A stretch of 63,920 bases of DNA, filler included. It is 7 parts of 7 records of this genome, joined end to end, with 100 filler letters (N's around TTAATTAATTAA, not from the genome) between each part and the next. Parts side by side here need not be neighbours in the genome. Positions count along the whole stretch, not along the records: positions 44,768 to 58,440 come from SRR31147125_24213; positions 58,541 to 63,920 come from SRR31147125_24346; 5 more parts are not named here. The stretch is one strand, 5' to 3'. Positions 53,393 through 63,920 of the stretch are shown piece after piece. Each line of letters begins with the position of its first letter. The first letter of the stretch is position 1. The notes beneath the pieces are model-generated. The model did no database searches, was not told the origin of the DNA, and saw nothing but the letters and a program-made list of their open reading frames with translations. The position numbers and the translations under genes were made by a program.

Positions 53393-53869
53393 ATGAAGAA
53401 TAAAGATGATAATATAAACCATAACTTTTACTTTTTCAAAGTTTCTGGGAAGAAGTGGGGGTTGGATATCGGGGCGATCAGAGAGGTTGGCGAGCTTTCA
53501 GAGATTATCTGTAAAGTGCCGCATGCACAATATTCTGTGCTCGGGTATATGAATGTTCGAGGAGAAATTCATCAGATAATTTCGTTGCGCAGCTTGCTGG
53601 CAGGAAAACAGGTAGCTGATGCGGAGAATGGTTTTGTACTATTTCTAAAAGATAATATAGGTCATGCTACTGGTATATATATTGACGAGGTCTGTGAAAT
53701 CTCGGAGATAAATAATGCTGATATTGAGGAGTGGAAGACTGGTAAGAGCAGCGGAGCTGAGGCTGAGCTTGATATGGCTGGTTACCTCACCAGACAGGTA
53801 TTGCGGAGTGATGAAGAATTAATACCTCTGATAAAACCTGAGAGAATACTGGAAGCAATCAATATCTAA
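53393..53869 (+). CDS. cheW: Chemotaxis coupling protein
   Basis: GLDIGAIREV, VPHA..SVLGYMNVRGEI..IISLR.LL. Confidence 0.88.
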   Translation: MKNKDDNINHNFYFFKVSGKKWGLDIGAIREVGELSEIICKVPHAQYSVLGYMNVRGEIHQIISLRSLLAGKQVADAENGFVLFLKDNIGHATGIYIDEVCEISEINNADIEEWKTGKSSGAEAELDMAGYLTRQVLRSDEELIPLIKPERILEAINI

Positions 53870-54026
53870 ATGTAATTTTCTTTGTCATAATTGTGTTCTA
53901 TCACAAAGATAAAATAAAAAAAAGCGAAAATTTCTAAAAATAGACTGCATCTGCTGTCAACTTATTTCCGATAAGTTATACGAAGATAATTGAAAATTTG
54001 TATAACTTTTAAATAAGGGGATAAAT

Positions 54027-54458
54027 ATGTTTTTTGGTAGATTAGCAGTTTTATTATTTGTTGTATTGTTTGCTGCAGGTTGTAAAGATAGTAAAAATGA
54101 GATGGTTTGTGATAAAGAGACAGGACGATGTAGTCCGAAATTTTCTAATGATGAAATTGTTGAAGTTCAGGAACCTCTCTTTCAGCGTATTCCAACAATC
54201 TCAGAGCTTGATGAGCCGGTTAATCAGGAGTTTAACCCTATTCATGAGAGTCAGATCATGAATCAGGATATCATGGCGCTTGCTGGTAATGAAGGCGAGT
54301 ATAATGATGTGGATATGAATGAGGTTGATATTCCGGGGCTTGGGCATGCTGAGGCTGCAATAACTGGTGATGCTGACTATGTTAGAAAGAACTTTAAAGA
54401 AAACCTCTGGCCAGGTGGTGTAGAACAGAGTGCAGAACTTGATCTTGGTGAATTTTAA
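54027..54458 (+). CDS. Hypothetical acidic lipoprotein
   Basis: AAGGGG RBS, lipobox FAAGC, CDKETGRC motif, acidic remainder. Confidence 0.7.
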   Translation: MFFGRLAVLLFVVLFAAGCKDSKNEMVCDKETGRCSPKFSNDEIVEVQEPLFQRIPTISELDEPVNQEFNPIHESQIMNQDIMALAGNEGEYNDVDMNEVDIPGLGHAEAAITGDADYVRKNFKENLWPGGVEQSAELDLGEF

Positions 54459-54481
54459 AAGGTCATTATAATTATAAATTT

Positions 54482-54508
54482 ACGGGAGCATATGCTCCCG
54501 TTTTTTTT
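54482..54508 (+). terminator. Intrinsic terminator
   Basis: acgggagca-ta-tgctcccgt followed by a T-tract. Confidence 0.85.
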
Positions 54509-54658
54509 ATGTCAATTATTTGAGGTGATTATATGTTAATATGCCGATATGTTTATCATATTTCGATTAGTCTGTTTGAATTTAATTGACAAAAAAATTA
54601 CTGTAATACAATAAAAAATATTGTGTACCTATTAAATATATATAAGGGAGAAATTGTA

Positions 54659-55924
54659 ATGACTCTGGAAAATCAGGAAAATAGTACAGAAAATGCAAGT
54701 TCAGCAGTTGAACAAAAAGAAAAAACGCCTCCACCTAAGAAAAAGAAAAGTTGGCTGGCGATTTTGCTCATACTTGTTGTAGTTGTGCTTGGTGCGGATA
54801 TGGTAAAAAAAATATATGAAAATAAGCATCAGCCTGATAAGACAATAGTCAGGGTTTTTCCAGTCAAAACTGAAAAATTAAAAAATCTTCACGGTGAGTT
54901 TGAAGTTAAATATCCAGGTACTACTAAAGCTATTCAGCAAGTTGATGTCGGTTTTAATGTAAGTGGTACACTCATGGATTTACCGATTAAGGCTGGATTG
55001 ACAATTAATGAAGGTGATATAATTGGTAAACTTGATCCGCGTGATTTTCAGAATGATCTCAATGCCAAGACTGCTGATTATAATAACGCTAAAGCAAGGC
55101 TGGATAGAGTGCAAAAACTCTATGATGCTGCTGTTTCGGCAAAGAGTGAGCTTGATGAGGCGGTGGCTCTTTTCAAGGTTGCTGAGGCAAATATGGAGAT
55201 AGCTCAGAAGTCACGAAATGATACGGTTCTCAAGGCTCCATTCAAAGGTATTGTTGCCAGACGTTATGTTGATAATTTTCAGGTTATTACTCAGGGTCAG
55301 CCTATTATAAGTCTGCAGGATCTCAAAAGTCTTGAAATAGAAGCGTTTCTTCCAGAGTGGTTTGTTTCTAGAGTAAAGGAAGCTGATGAAATAAGTGTTT
55401 ATGCTTCGTATGATTCTTTACCAGGGGTGAAGATACCTCTTGAAGTAAAAGAATTTGCTGCAGAAGCTGATGATCAGACAAGAACATATCGTGTGCGCTT
55501 CTTTATGAATGGGAATCCGACGGATAAGAATGTTAATATCCTGCCTGGTATGACTGCTGATGTTACTATTATGATTGCTCCTGAAAGAGGTAAAATAGAG
55601 GAATTTCTTGTCCCGGTATGGGCTGTTAACAGTAATGCGGGTAAGAATAAGCCGGCTGTGTTTGTAGTCAATGAAAATTCTACTCCATGGACTGTCAGAA
55701 GGGTGGAGGTGACAGCAGGTGAGATGACAGGTGACAGCATTATTATCAGTGGTAATATCAAAGATGGTGATAAGATTGTAATTGCGGGTGCTACACGTCT
55801 GCAGGATGGTATGCAGGTCAAGGATTTACCTGATTTTATCAAAGCAAATCTGTCGACAATGGAAGAATTGCCTGTTTCTGTCGAAAAGAAAGATGCCTCT
55901 TATGCACCTGAGGAGAGTAAATAA
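54659..55924 (+). CDS. RND efflux periplasmic adaptor (MFP)
   Basis: TM anchor, VGFNVSGTL, LKAPFKGIV, TRTYRV, ILPGMTA. ATG at 54659 after GGGAG. Confidence 0.92.
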   Translation: MTLENQENSTENASSAVEQKEKTPPPKKKKSWLAILLILVVVVLGADMVKKIYENKHQPDKTIVRVFPVKTEKLKNLHGEFEVKYPGTTKAIQQVDVGFNVSGTLMDLPIKAGLTINEGDIIGKLDPRDFQNDLNAKTADYNNAKARLDRVQKLYDAAVSAKSELDEAVALFKVAEANMEIAQKSRNDTVLKAPFKGIVARRYVDNFQVITQGQPIISLQDLKSLEIEAFLPEWFVSRVKEADEISVYASYDSLPGVKIPLEVKEFAAEADDQTRTYRVRFFMNGNPTDKNVNILPGMTADVTIMIAPERGKIEEFLVPVWAVNSNAGKNKPAVFVVNENSTPWTVRRVEVTAGEMTGDSIIISGNIKDGDKIVIAGATRLQDGMQVKDLPDFIKANLSTMEELPVSVEKKDASYAPEESK

Positions 55925-58440
55925 TGAATATAGCTGAGTCCGCAATTAAACGTGTAGTTACTACTATGATGTTTATTGTCGTACTTGTGGCTGCCGGATA
56001 TCTAAGCTATTGGAAACTTGGCTGGTTGGAAGATCCGGTATTTACCATTAAAGATGCGATGATTATTACTTCATATCCGGGAGCTACTGCTGAAGAAGTT
56101 GAGCAGGAAGTTACCAATACTCTTGAAGAGTCAATTCAGGAATTAAAAGAATTAAAATATCTTTATAAGTCAATATCTCTACCAGGTCTGTCTATTATTG
56201 ATGCTCGTATTCAGGATAAATATAACGGTAAGGCACTCAAACAGGTCTGGGATCAGTTGAGGCATAAAGTACGTGATAATCAGTATAAACTTCCTCCCGG
56301 GTGTAATGAGCCGGTAGTCAATGATGACTTTGGAGATATCTATGGGGTAATGTATGCTATTGTTGCTCCGGGGTATACCTGGCGTGAAATGAAGGATTAT
56401 GCGGACTTTCTGCGTAAACGCTTACTCCGTGTTGAGGGAGTTGCCAAAATTATTTATTGGGGGCAGCAGCAGGAAGCGGTCTATATAGAACTTTCCAGAA
56501 CAAAACTTTCAGAGCTTGGTATATCTCCAGATGTTATCAAGCAGTCTGTAAATGATCAGAATATGGTTACTCCTTCAGGGCAGGTTATGGTTGATTCGGA
56601 TTATGTCTGGATCTTTCCTACGGGAGGATACCAAGATATAGATGCTATTGCTGAACTTATTATAAGAGATCAGAAATCTGGGGCAACTTTTAAAATAGGT
56701 GATATTGCGACTGTAAAAAGAGGTTTTGTAGAGCCAGCCAGCAATCTGATGAGTTATACCAATCTCGATACAGTCGATAAATATAGCGGTCAATCCTGTC
56801 TGGGGTTCTGTGTTTCTGCCAAGGATGATGCCAATGTTGTGAATATGGGGGAAGCGCTCAAGGCTGAGCTTAAACTATTGCAGAAATTTCAGCCACTCGG
56901 TATGGAGATGGAAGAGATTGTTTTTCAGGGTGATGCTGTGAAAGCTTCTGTTAATAATTTCCTGCTGAACCTTGGAGAATCTGTAGCTATCGTTGTTGTC
57001 GTGCTGCTGATATTTATGGGATTGCGTAGTGGTTTGCTTATCGGTATGCTGCTTATCTTTATTGTGACAGCAACCTTTGTTTGTATGTATATTCAGGAAA
57101 TTACACTCCAGCGTATCTCTCTTGGTGCGCTTATTATCGCACTTGGTATGCTGGTGGATAATGGGATTGTGGTTGCAGATGGTATGCTGATTAACATGAA
57201 GCGAGGGATGGATAAGGTCTCTGCAGCTGGGCTGATTGTCAAACAGACGACATTGCCGTTACTTGCTGGTACTGTAGTGGGTATTCTGGCTTTCTCTGCT
57301 ATTGGGCTTTCTCCAGATTCTACGGGTGAGTACTGTGGTTCGCTTTTCTGGGTTATATGCTTCTCTATGCTCTGGAGCTGGCTCATGGCGATTACAGTTG
57401 TGCCGGTTCTCGGTAATATGATGTTTAAAGAAGATAAGAGTGACGATAAAAAAGATCCATATGACACGGTATTTTATCGTGCATATAGAAAGTTCCTAGC
57501 TTTTCTTTTGCGTAATCGCTGGATAACACTTATTTTTATGATAGGTATGCTTTCACTGGCAATATATGGCTTTGGAGAGGTACCGAGATCGTTCTTTCCT
57601 GAATCAGATACACCAAGGTTTTATATAGATTTCTGGGAGCCGCAAGGTACAGATATCCGTGTGGTTGATAAACACCTCAAGCAGGTCTCTGAATTTCTTA
57701 CCGGTGTAGATGAAAAAACAGGTGAAAAGAGATTTCCTCGTGTGAAAAAAGTTTCTACCTATGCAGGTTCAGGTGCGCCAAGGTTTACTCTTACATATAG
57801 TGCAGAGACTCAGAATAGCAGTTATGGGTTTATCCTGGTTGAAGTGGATGCAATGGATGACAGTTTTGTAGATACGGTATTTCCAAAATTGCAGCAATAC
57901 CTTGATATCCTTGCACCAAATGTATTATCCAAACTTATGAAATTTAAAATGGGTGCAAGTTATGACTCAACAATAGAAGCTCGTTTCTTCGGGGATGATG
58001 CGGATGTGCTCAGAGATCTGACTCAGCAGGCAATGGAAGTTATGTATGCTGAACCGAAAGCGCAGTATGTCAGAAATAACTGGAGACAGAGAGAGAAAAT
58101 ATCGGTTCCGATATTTTCAGAAGATAGAGCCAGGTTTGCTGGTATTACCCGTAATGAAATGAGTAATGCAATTCAGCTTAATTTTATTGGGCAGAATGTT
58201 GGGTTATATCGTGAAAAGAATAATCTTATCCCGATTATTTCCAGGCCGATACTTTCGGATAGGGATAGTATAAATGATCTTTATTACTCAACTATCTGGA
58301 GTACTACAGCTGGTAGATATGTGCCTATTCAACAGATTGTCTCTGGTTTTGCTACAGAGTGGCAGGATACGGTGATTTATCGTAAGTATGGTCTGCGGTG
58401 TATGATTGCTATGGCTGAACCGATTATCGGGTCTACCGGA
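55924..58440 (+). CDS. RND efflux permease, AcrB/AcrD/AcrF family (partial)
   Basis: YPGATAEEVEQEVT, NDDFGD, ISLGALIIALGMLVDNGIVV. TAATG overlap with the MFP gene. Confidence 0.93.
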
Positions 58441-58540
58441 NNNNNNNNNNNNNNNNNNNNNNNNNNNNNNNNNNNNNNNNNNNNTTAATTAATTAANNNN
58501 NNNNNNNNNNNNNNNNNNNNNNNNNNNNNNNNNNNNNNNN
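58441..58540. other. Artificial contig linker
   Basis: N44-TTAATTAATTAA-N44. Confidence 0.99.
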
Positions 58541-61500
58541 TATTGTTATTTACATCGGCAACCGTTAAAGATATCGTGTTTAAGCCAACATCGGTACAAC
58601 TAAAATCAGTTTTATTTAATGTCATGCTTAAGAACCCACAATCATAAGAAGAACTATTGTCTATATCTGACGGATCTATCGATATATTTCCAGTACTATT
58701 TAGAAAAACTGTAATGTCCTGACAGTTTGCATCGGGTAAATCATTAACTGTAATTTCTATCACATTAGATTCTATAGCGCCCGACCAGTCTGTCATACAA
58801 TTAACTCTTGCAAGTCGTTTAAACCATGTTTTTTTTGTTAAATTCCCGGGTGAATACCCAACAGAATTGGTTGATAATATATCAGAAAAACCAGTGGTAG
58901 AATTAGTTTCAGAAGATTGCCATTTAAATTCCAGAATTCCTATTCCACCGGATGGAAGCATTAAATTTGTTAAGCTTTCGGGTGTTTCACCAAAACAAAT
59001 TGTTTGATTTGATGCAATTATACCGCCTGAAGTAGGATTTGTACAATTTGGTGTTAAAAAAGTAAAATCATCTCCGTATGTTGTTCCCGCTGAGTTTACT
59101 CCTATTACACGATAATGATAAGTTGTATTTGGGAGCAATCCATTTAAATTAGAACTTACTGAAGTGTTGCTTGTACCATTTACTGAGGATGGATTAGATG
59201 TAGTTAAAGATCCATAAGCCGCTGTTAAGCCATATTCAAAGCTAACTGTAGTATTCGCATTATTCGCATTTACTACACCGTTTATGGTAGCAGAAGTACT
59301 TGAAATATTTGAAGCTGCTGTAGTTGTAACCGTTGGTATTATAGTAGCTGTGGCAAACGTTATGTCAGCGCCATTACTAGTTCCAGCTGAATTTATTCCA
59401 ACGGCTCTGAAATGATAAGTTGTATTTGGAATTAAACCAGTTATTGAAGAACTAATAGATACGTTGGTTGTTCCATTGACAGTTGAAGGATTTGATGTTG
59501 CAAAGTAATTATAAGAAGTAGTTAATCCATATTCAAAATTTGCAGAAGTACTTGAATTGTTTGCATTTATCATACCGTTTAAAGTAACTTCTGTTCCAGT
59601 TATTGTTGTAGCAGTATTCGTAGTTACAACAGGTAAAATAGGCATAGTTGTAAAAGTTAAATCTGCACCATTGCTAGTTCCTGCTGAATTAATTCCAACA
59701 ACACGATAGTGATAAGTTGTATTGGGAATTAAACCGGTTAGTGTTGAACTGACAGAAGTATTAGTTATGTTGCTTACAACTGAAGGAATAGATGCAACAG
59801 TTGTCCCGTAGCTGGTTGTTAATCCATATTCAAAACTTACTGTTGTAGTATCGTTATTTGCATTTACTGTTCCATTTAAAGTAACTTCGGTGCCACTTAC
59901 ACTTGTTGCTGGAGTAGTAGTTACAGTAGAAACTATAGCAAGAGTTGTAAAAGTTAAATCTGTACCATTGCTGGTTCCTGCAGAATTAGCTCCAATTACA
60001 CGATAATGATAAGTTGTATTGGGAGTTAATCCGGTTAAGATAGAACTTGCAGATGTATTGGTTGTTCCACTGGTACTTGAAGGTATTGAAGAAACAGTAG
60101 TTCCATAAGCAGTAGTCAATCCAAATTCAAAACTTATTGTGGAAAAATCATTATTTGCATTAACAGTTCCATTTATGGTAGCTCCTGTTCCATTAATAGA
60201 AGTTGCTGTATTTGTAATAGCTGTAGGTGCTATGGCTAAAGTTGTAAATGTTAAATCGGCACCATTTGAAGTCCCTCCTGAGTTAACTCCAATGACCCTG
60301 TAGTGATATGTTGTATTTGGTACAAGCCCTGTTAGTGCAGAACTAACATGAGTATTTGTTGAACCTGTGACAGGAGATGGAATTGCCGAAACTGAGGTTC
60401 CATATGATGATGTTAATCCATATTCAAAACCAGTTGTTGTACTTGCATTATTCGCATTAATAGAACCATTTAATACAGCTGATGTACCTAATATACTTGT
60501 TGCAGCAAGAGTAGTTGCTAAAGGCGGATCGACTGCTACAATAGAAATAGTTGAAGAGATGGTCAAATCAGTTAAACTTTCATTTGCTCCAGTGTAGCTT
60601 CCATTGTCAGCTATTTTTGTAATTGTTACTATCCGATTTGAGGTATTTGGAGTAGTACTTGTATTTTGATAAGTTATTCCATTAATAAGTGTTTGTATAT
60701 CCGATGTTGAAATACCTGTTAGTTTTGAAATTGAAACTGTTGCAGTGGTACCAGTTATATTTACAACGACATTTATATTATTTGTAGTAATTAATGAATT
60801 TGCATTAGTTAATGTAACGTGGCTGCCATCTATGGATAAAATTTCTTGTGCTCCATCGTTTATGTTAGTTATTGTTAAAATTAAAGAATCAATTTCTTGT
60901 CCGCTTTCAATTGTTGATGCTGAAGCTGAATTATAAAGAATTACTGCTGATTCCCCTTCAGTGAATGTTGGATCGGTGCCGGTTGCTGTTAAAGTAGGTG
61001 AATCGTTAATTGGTGTTATTGAAATAGTTCTAGTGCCAGAATTACTACCAGAATTTTTATCTGTGGCAGTAAATGTAACTGTTCTATTTGAAGTGCCGGG
61101 ATCTTCGGAAATGTTTCTGTATTGGATTGATTGTAATACTTCCTGCACAATAGAATTAGTGGCATCTGAATCAAATGTAATTGTTAGTTTAGTTCCATTT
61201 GTAACTATTCCTCCACTTGTGCTTAGGTCTCCAATATCTGTACTGTTTGCGAATATATTTGTTCCACTTATGGTAATAACAATAGTATCTGCATCTGAAT
61301 CACTAATACTAATTTCATCCGAAGTTTCAGCATTACTTGTAATTTGCGCTTCAAGCCTGCCGCCATCCCATTCTGAATCTCCATCTGAATCTTCCAATGT
61401 TCCTAATGCATCAATTTGAAGAGCGGCTGTATTTTCAATATATGAAATTGATGTGCCTGAAATTGTAATATCCGGATTAGTATTAGGTGGTGGTGCCCAT

Positions 61501-62063
61501 ACTATATTATCTATACCAGAGCCATCTAAATTAGGGGTAGCTCCTGAAGCTGAAACTCTAATCTCATCAATACTCTCAAAATTACTTCCAAGATTTACTG
61601 TATTGCTCGTTAAGTTCATTGAACCGGAAAATGTGCCTATAGGTGTCGAGCCTCCATCTTTATAACCATCTACTTGTATTTCATAAATGTAGGGGAAACA
61701 ATCAAAATTATTTATAAAATCAAAAGAATTGAATTTAATATCAGCACCATCAGTTGTTTTTATTATTAAGGTTGTTAGATCATTATTGCTTGACCAAGGC
61801 ATAACTTGTCCATTGGTATAGTATGGATCACAAAAATTATAATCCAAATCATATCCAAAATAAGGAGTAGTTCCTATTAATGAAAAATCAAATGATTGCC
61901 CATTACTGGTCAAAGTGAATGTTGCCCCCAAATTTTCATCATCAATGTATCCTTGATCATCAAAATTTATTGTTTGACTAAATATATTGTAGAATGGTAT
62001 TAATATAAAGGCTATTAATAGTAGCACTTTATTTATTAAACAAATCGAATTTTTAACTTTCAT
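58541..62063 (-). CDS. Large Thr/Ser-rich secreted adhesin-like protein (cadherin/Ig-like, FN3-like, SprB-like and HYR-like repeats), 3' truncated
   Basis: Signal peptide; two modules of the type P.(I/L)T..GT...(Y/F).E...Y.N.S..P.TSNR.VT; five repeats of about 99 aa; a GGIIASNQTIC...WFKR module; a CQDITVFLNSTG...DIDNSS.DCG module. Confidence 0.8.
59044..60528 (-). repeat. Five tandem 297-bp (99-aa) FN3-like repeats
   Basis: gttgtaaa(a/t)gttaaatc recurs at about 59647, 59944 and 60241 (period 297). Consensus LNG.VNANN...FEYGLT..YG...GL.PNTTYHYRV.G.NSAGTSNG.DLTFTT. Confidence 0.9.
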
Positions 62064-62456
62064 GATGGTAAATTTGGACTGTTTTGTTATTTGTTAAAGT
62101 GCAAGTTTTAATTTTTGTTTATTTATGATTCTAAGATTTACGAGTAGCTTTTTTGTTGTTTAAGTTCTTGATTATTAGTGTGATACTCGGTAGCCTTCTT
62201 GGAGAGGACAAAATGCTTGACGTGAGCTTATTTTTATAAGAAAGATTCATTAATAACGGCAATATTAATATCAAATTGAAACCGTAGGTGATTTAATAAA
62301 ATTACCTTTTCTAAATGGTATTTTAGATATTTAGTTTCACTTAAAATCTACTTCTAAACGTGTAAAATTTGAAGTAATTAATATGAGATTATATTAATTA
62401 CTTCAATAAGATCAATTTTTTTATTACAATTAACCAATCAAATTTAAATTCAGATT

Positions 62457-62996
62457 TTAACTTCTGGACGGATATAATCCCTCTAAAGCAATAATAAAAT
62501 TCATTACAGTAAATGGTTGTAAATTATTTATTTGGGCATTGTTTCCAGAATTTTCAATTGTAATATTTACATTATCTTCTGCCATTAAATTATTAGCATC
62601 TGATGAAGAATAAATCTTTGTATTTCCAGAGGGAACACCTAGATTATGTCCAGCTGGGCTTGTTTTATCGGCAAACCCTGTTGGCGGAATATAAGCTGCT
62701 TTCATTTGCCCGGTTGCATTATGGTTATGACTTGGCATTTGATCTTCGGTTAAAATATTTGATGGACTTCCTGCCATTAAACCTTGATAATAATATCCAT
62801 CAAAATGCATTGGTACTCTTCCTTTAAGATTTGGTAATCCAAAAGTAGATCTTCCATCACCACCATACATTGTGCCTAAAAGAGAGAATAACTCTGGATA
62901 TTCGTAAACCGTTAATAATTGCCCGTCACAAAATGCCCAGCCTCTTGGGGCAAAATTAAAACCTACTATCATGATTTGTCCTATAAATGGTTCCAT
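62457..62996 (-). CDS. Phage tail-collar domain protein ('microcystin-dependent protein' family)
   Basis: MEPFIGQI...FNFAPRGWAFCDGQLL...LFSLLGT.YGGDG..TFGLP.L.GR and C-terminal NFIIALEGLYPSR. Confidence 0.9.
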   Translation of the reverse strand: MEPFIGQIMIVGFNFAPRGWAFCDGQLLTVYEYPELFSLLGTMYGGDGRSTFGLPNLKGRVPMHFDGYYYQGLMAGSPSNILTEDQMPSHNHNATGQMKAAYIPPTGFADKTSPAGHNLGVPSGNTKIYSSSDANNLMAEDNVNITIENSGNNAQINNLQPFTVMNFIIALEGLYPSRS

Positions 62997-63089
62997 ATTA
63001 TTGAAATTTAAATGTTTAAAAAATGTATTGTTGTTTAAGAAATTGGATTAAAATAATTAGTGATTTAGAATCGGTTTAGAATGTTCCTT

Positions 63090-63449
63090 TTATTTATTCT
63101 TTTTAATGGTTAAACCGGTAAGTTGAATCAATATGGAATTGCCCTGTATTGTTTCAATCTGAAAATCCCCATACTTATCAAGAGTAATATTGAATTCTCC
63201 ATCGTTATCATATCTTGAATAAACTTCAATAGTTTCATAACGAAAAAGAATTCCATTGGCTCCTGAAAGCTCGTATCCATTTAATTTTTCTTTCCCCAGG
63301 TCAAGTACATTCATGGTACTTAAACTATCGGTTCTTACCGTAAAATTGCCGGGTATGCGAGTATCGGTAGTCGAATCGCCAGGCTTTACATCAACAATAT
63401 CAAAAATAACTGTTTTGTGGTAGTTGTTTTTAAAATGTACGATTAACAT
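63090..63449 (-). CDS. Hypothetical beta-rich protein (119 aa)
   Basis: Clean ORF co-oriented upstream of the tail-collar gene; no signal peptide; no family recognised. Confidence 0.6.
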   Translation of the reverse strand: MLIVHFKNNYHKTVIFDIVDVKPGDSTTDTRIPGNFTVRTDSLSTMNVLDLGKEKLNGYELSGANGILFRYETIEVYSRYDNDGEFNITLDKYGDFQIETIQGNSILIQLTGLTIKKNK

Positions 63450-63920
63450 AATTTGTGGTTTTTAATTATTAGTAAAAAATAGGAGGAATTACTCCATGTT
63501 ATTTATAGTAGTTTTGAAGTATTAAAGCTTGTTTAATTAAATAACTACGCTAATATTTAGGCTGCTGATAAACTAATTTATTGGAATGGATTTTTATCAA
63601 TTTATGAAGTGAAAGAATGGTCTTGGCAAGTTGTTTTGGAGTAATGTTTTTCATATTTGGAAATTATGGTTTAGTACATAAGTTAACATCTTTATGTTTA
63701 ATGATTAAAAAAGTTACAAAAATTAATGTACCAAATCAAGTATTTTATAATTTTAGAAACAATTCATATTGCTTCTAAAGAGGAGTTATGTGTTTTTGTG
63801 ATCTGTTAATTGTAAGGTGTGTTTGATATTGACTTCTTATTTTATTATTATTAATAATTTCATTTAAAAGAATTCTTCATTATATAAAACAAAAAGAACC
63901 GTTCTTCTATGTTGTAAAGC

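Noticed and set aside
10864-58540. Six recurring N44-TTAATTAATTAA-N44 elements, and ORFs ending in X...LIN
   Set aside because: Artificial six-frame-stop contig spacers, not biological repeats. Gene adjacency across them is meaningless.
59044-60528. CRISPR-like periodicity
   Set aside because: The repeats are 297-bp in-frame protein domains. No short repeat-spacer array or cas gene was seen anywhere in the window.
62457-62996. Prophage suggested by the tail-collar gene
   Set aside because: No integrase, terminase, capsid or other tail genes nearby, and this family is common outside prophages.

Overview
This window is not one genome segment. It is seven unrelated bacterial contigs joined by 100-nt artificial linkers (N44-TTAATTAATTAA-N44). 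(1) 1-10863, an AT-rich diderm: TAXI receptor, DAACS symporter, outer-membrane barrel, MFS plus GH13, HD-GYP sensor, rppH, glgA. (2) 10964-18428: tRNA-Gln, spoVG, ispE, and lpxH-mreC-mreD-mrdA-rodA-lgt. (3) 18529-26653: a Bacteroidota ECF-sigma/FecR/SusC/SusD polysaccharide utilisation locus. (4) 26754-34853: a Firmicutes-like RgpF rhamnan/MBOAT O-acetylation locus and a class B PBP. (5) 34954-44667, Bacteroidota: tamB, tsaD, SiaC-like, sigma54 two-component system, ABC/TolC. (6) 44768-58440: two double-glycine-leader small proteins, kduI/IclR, an unusual chemosensory cassette and an RND pump. (7) 58541-63920, Bacteroidota: a repeat-rich adhesin and a tail-collar protein. About ten genes are split by 1-2 nt deletions, mostly in homopolymers, which is best explained as sequencing error. 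Top leads are: (a) a three-gene chemosensory cassette with a soluble, internally duplicated 'degenerate MCP tip + Cache-like' protein in place of a canonical MCP; (b) tandem GG-leader proteins with unrelated acidic cores, each preceded by the same TGAAAC-N16-CATCTA motif; (c) a candidate cis-antisense sRNA at the susC leader. All family and taxon calls come from motif recognition by eye, with no database searches.
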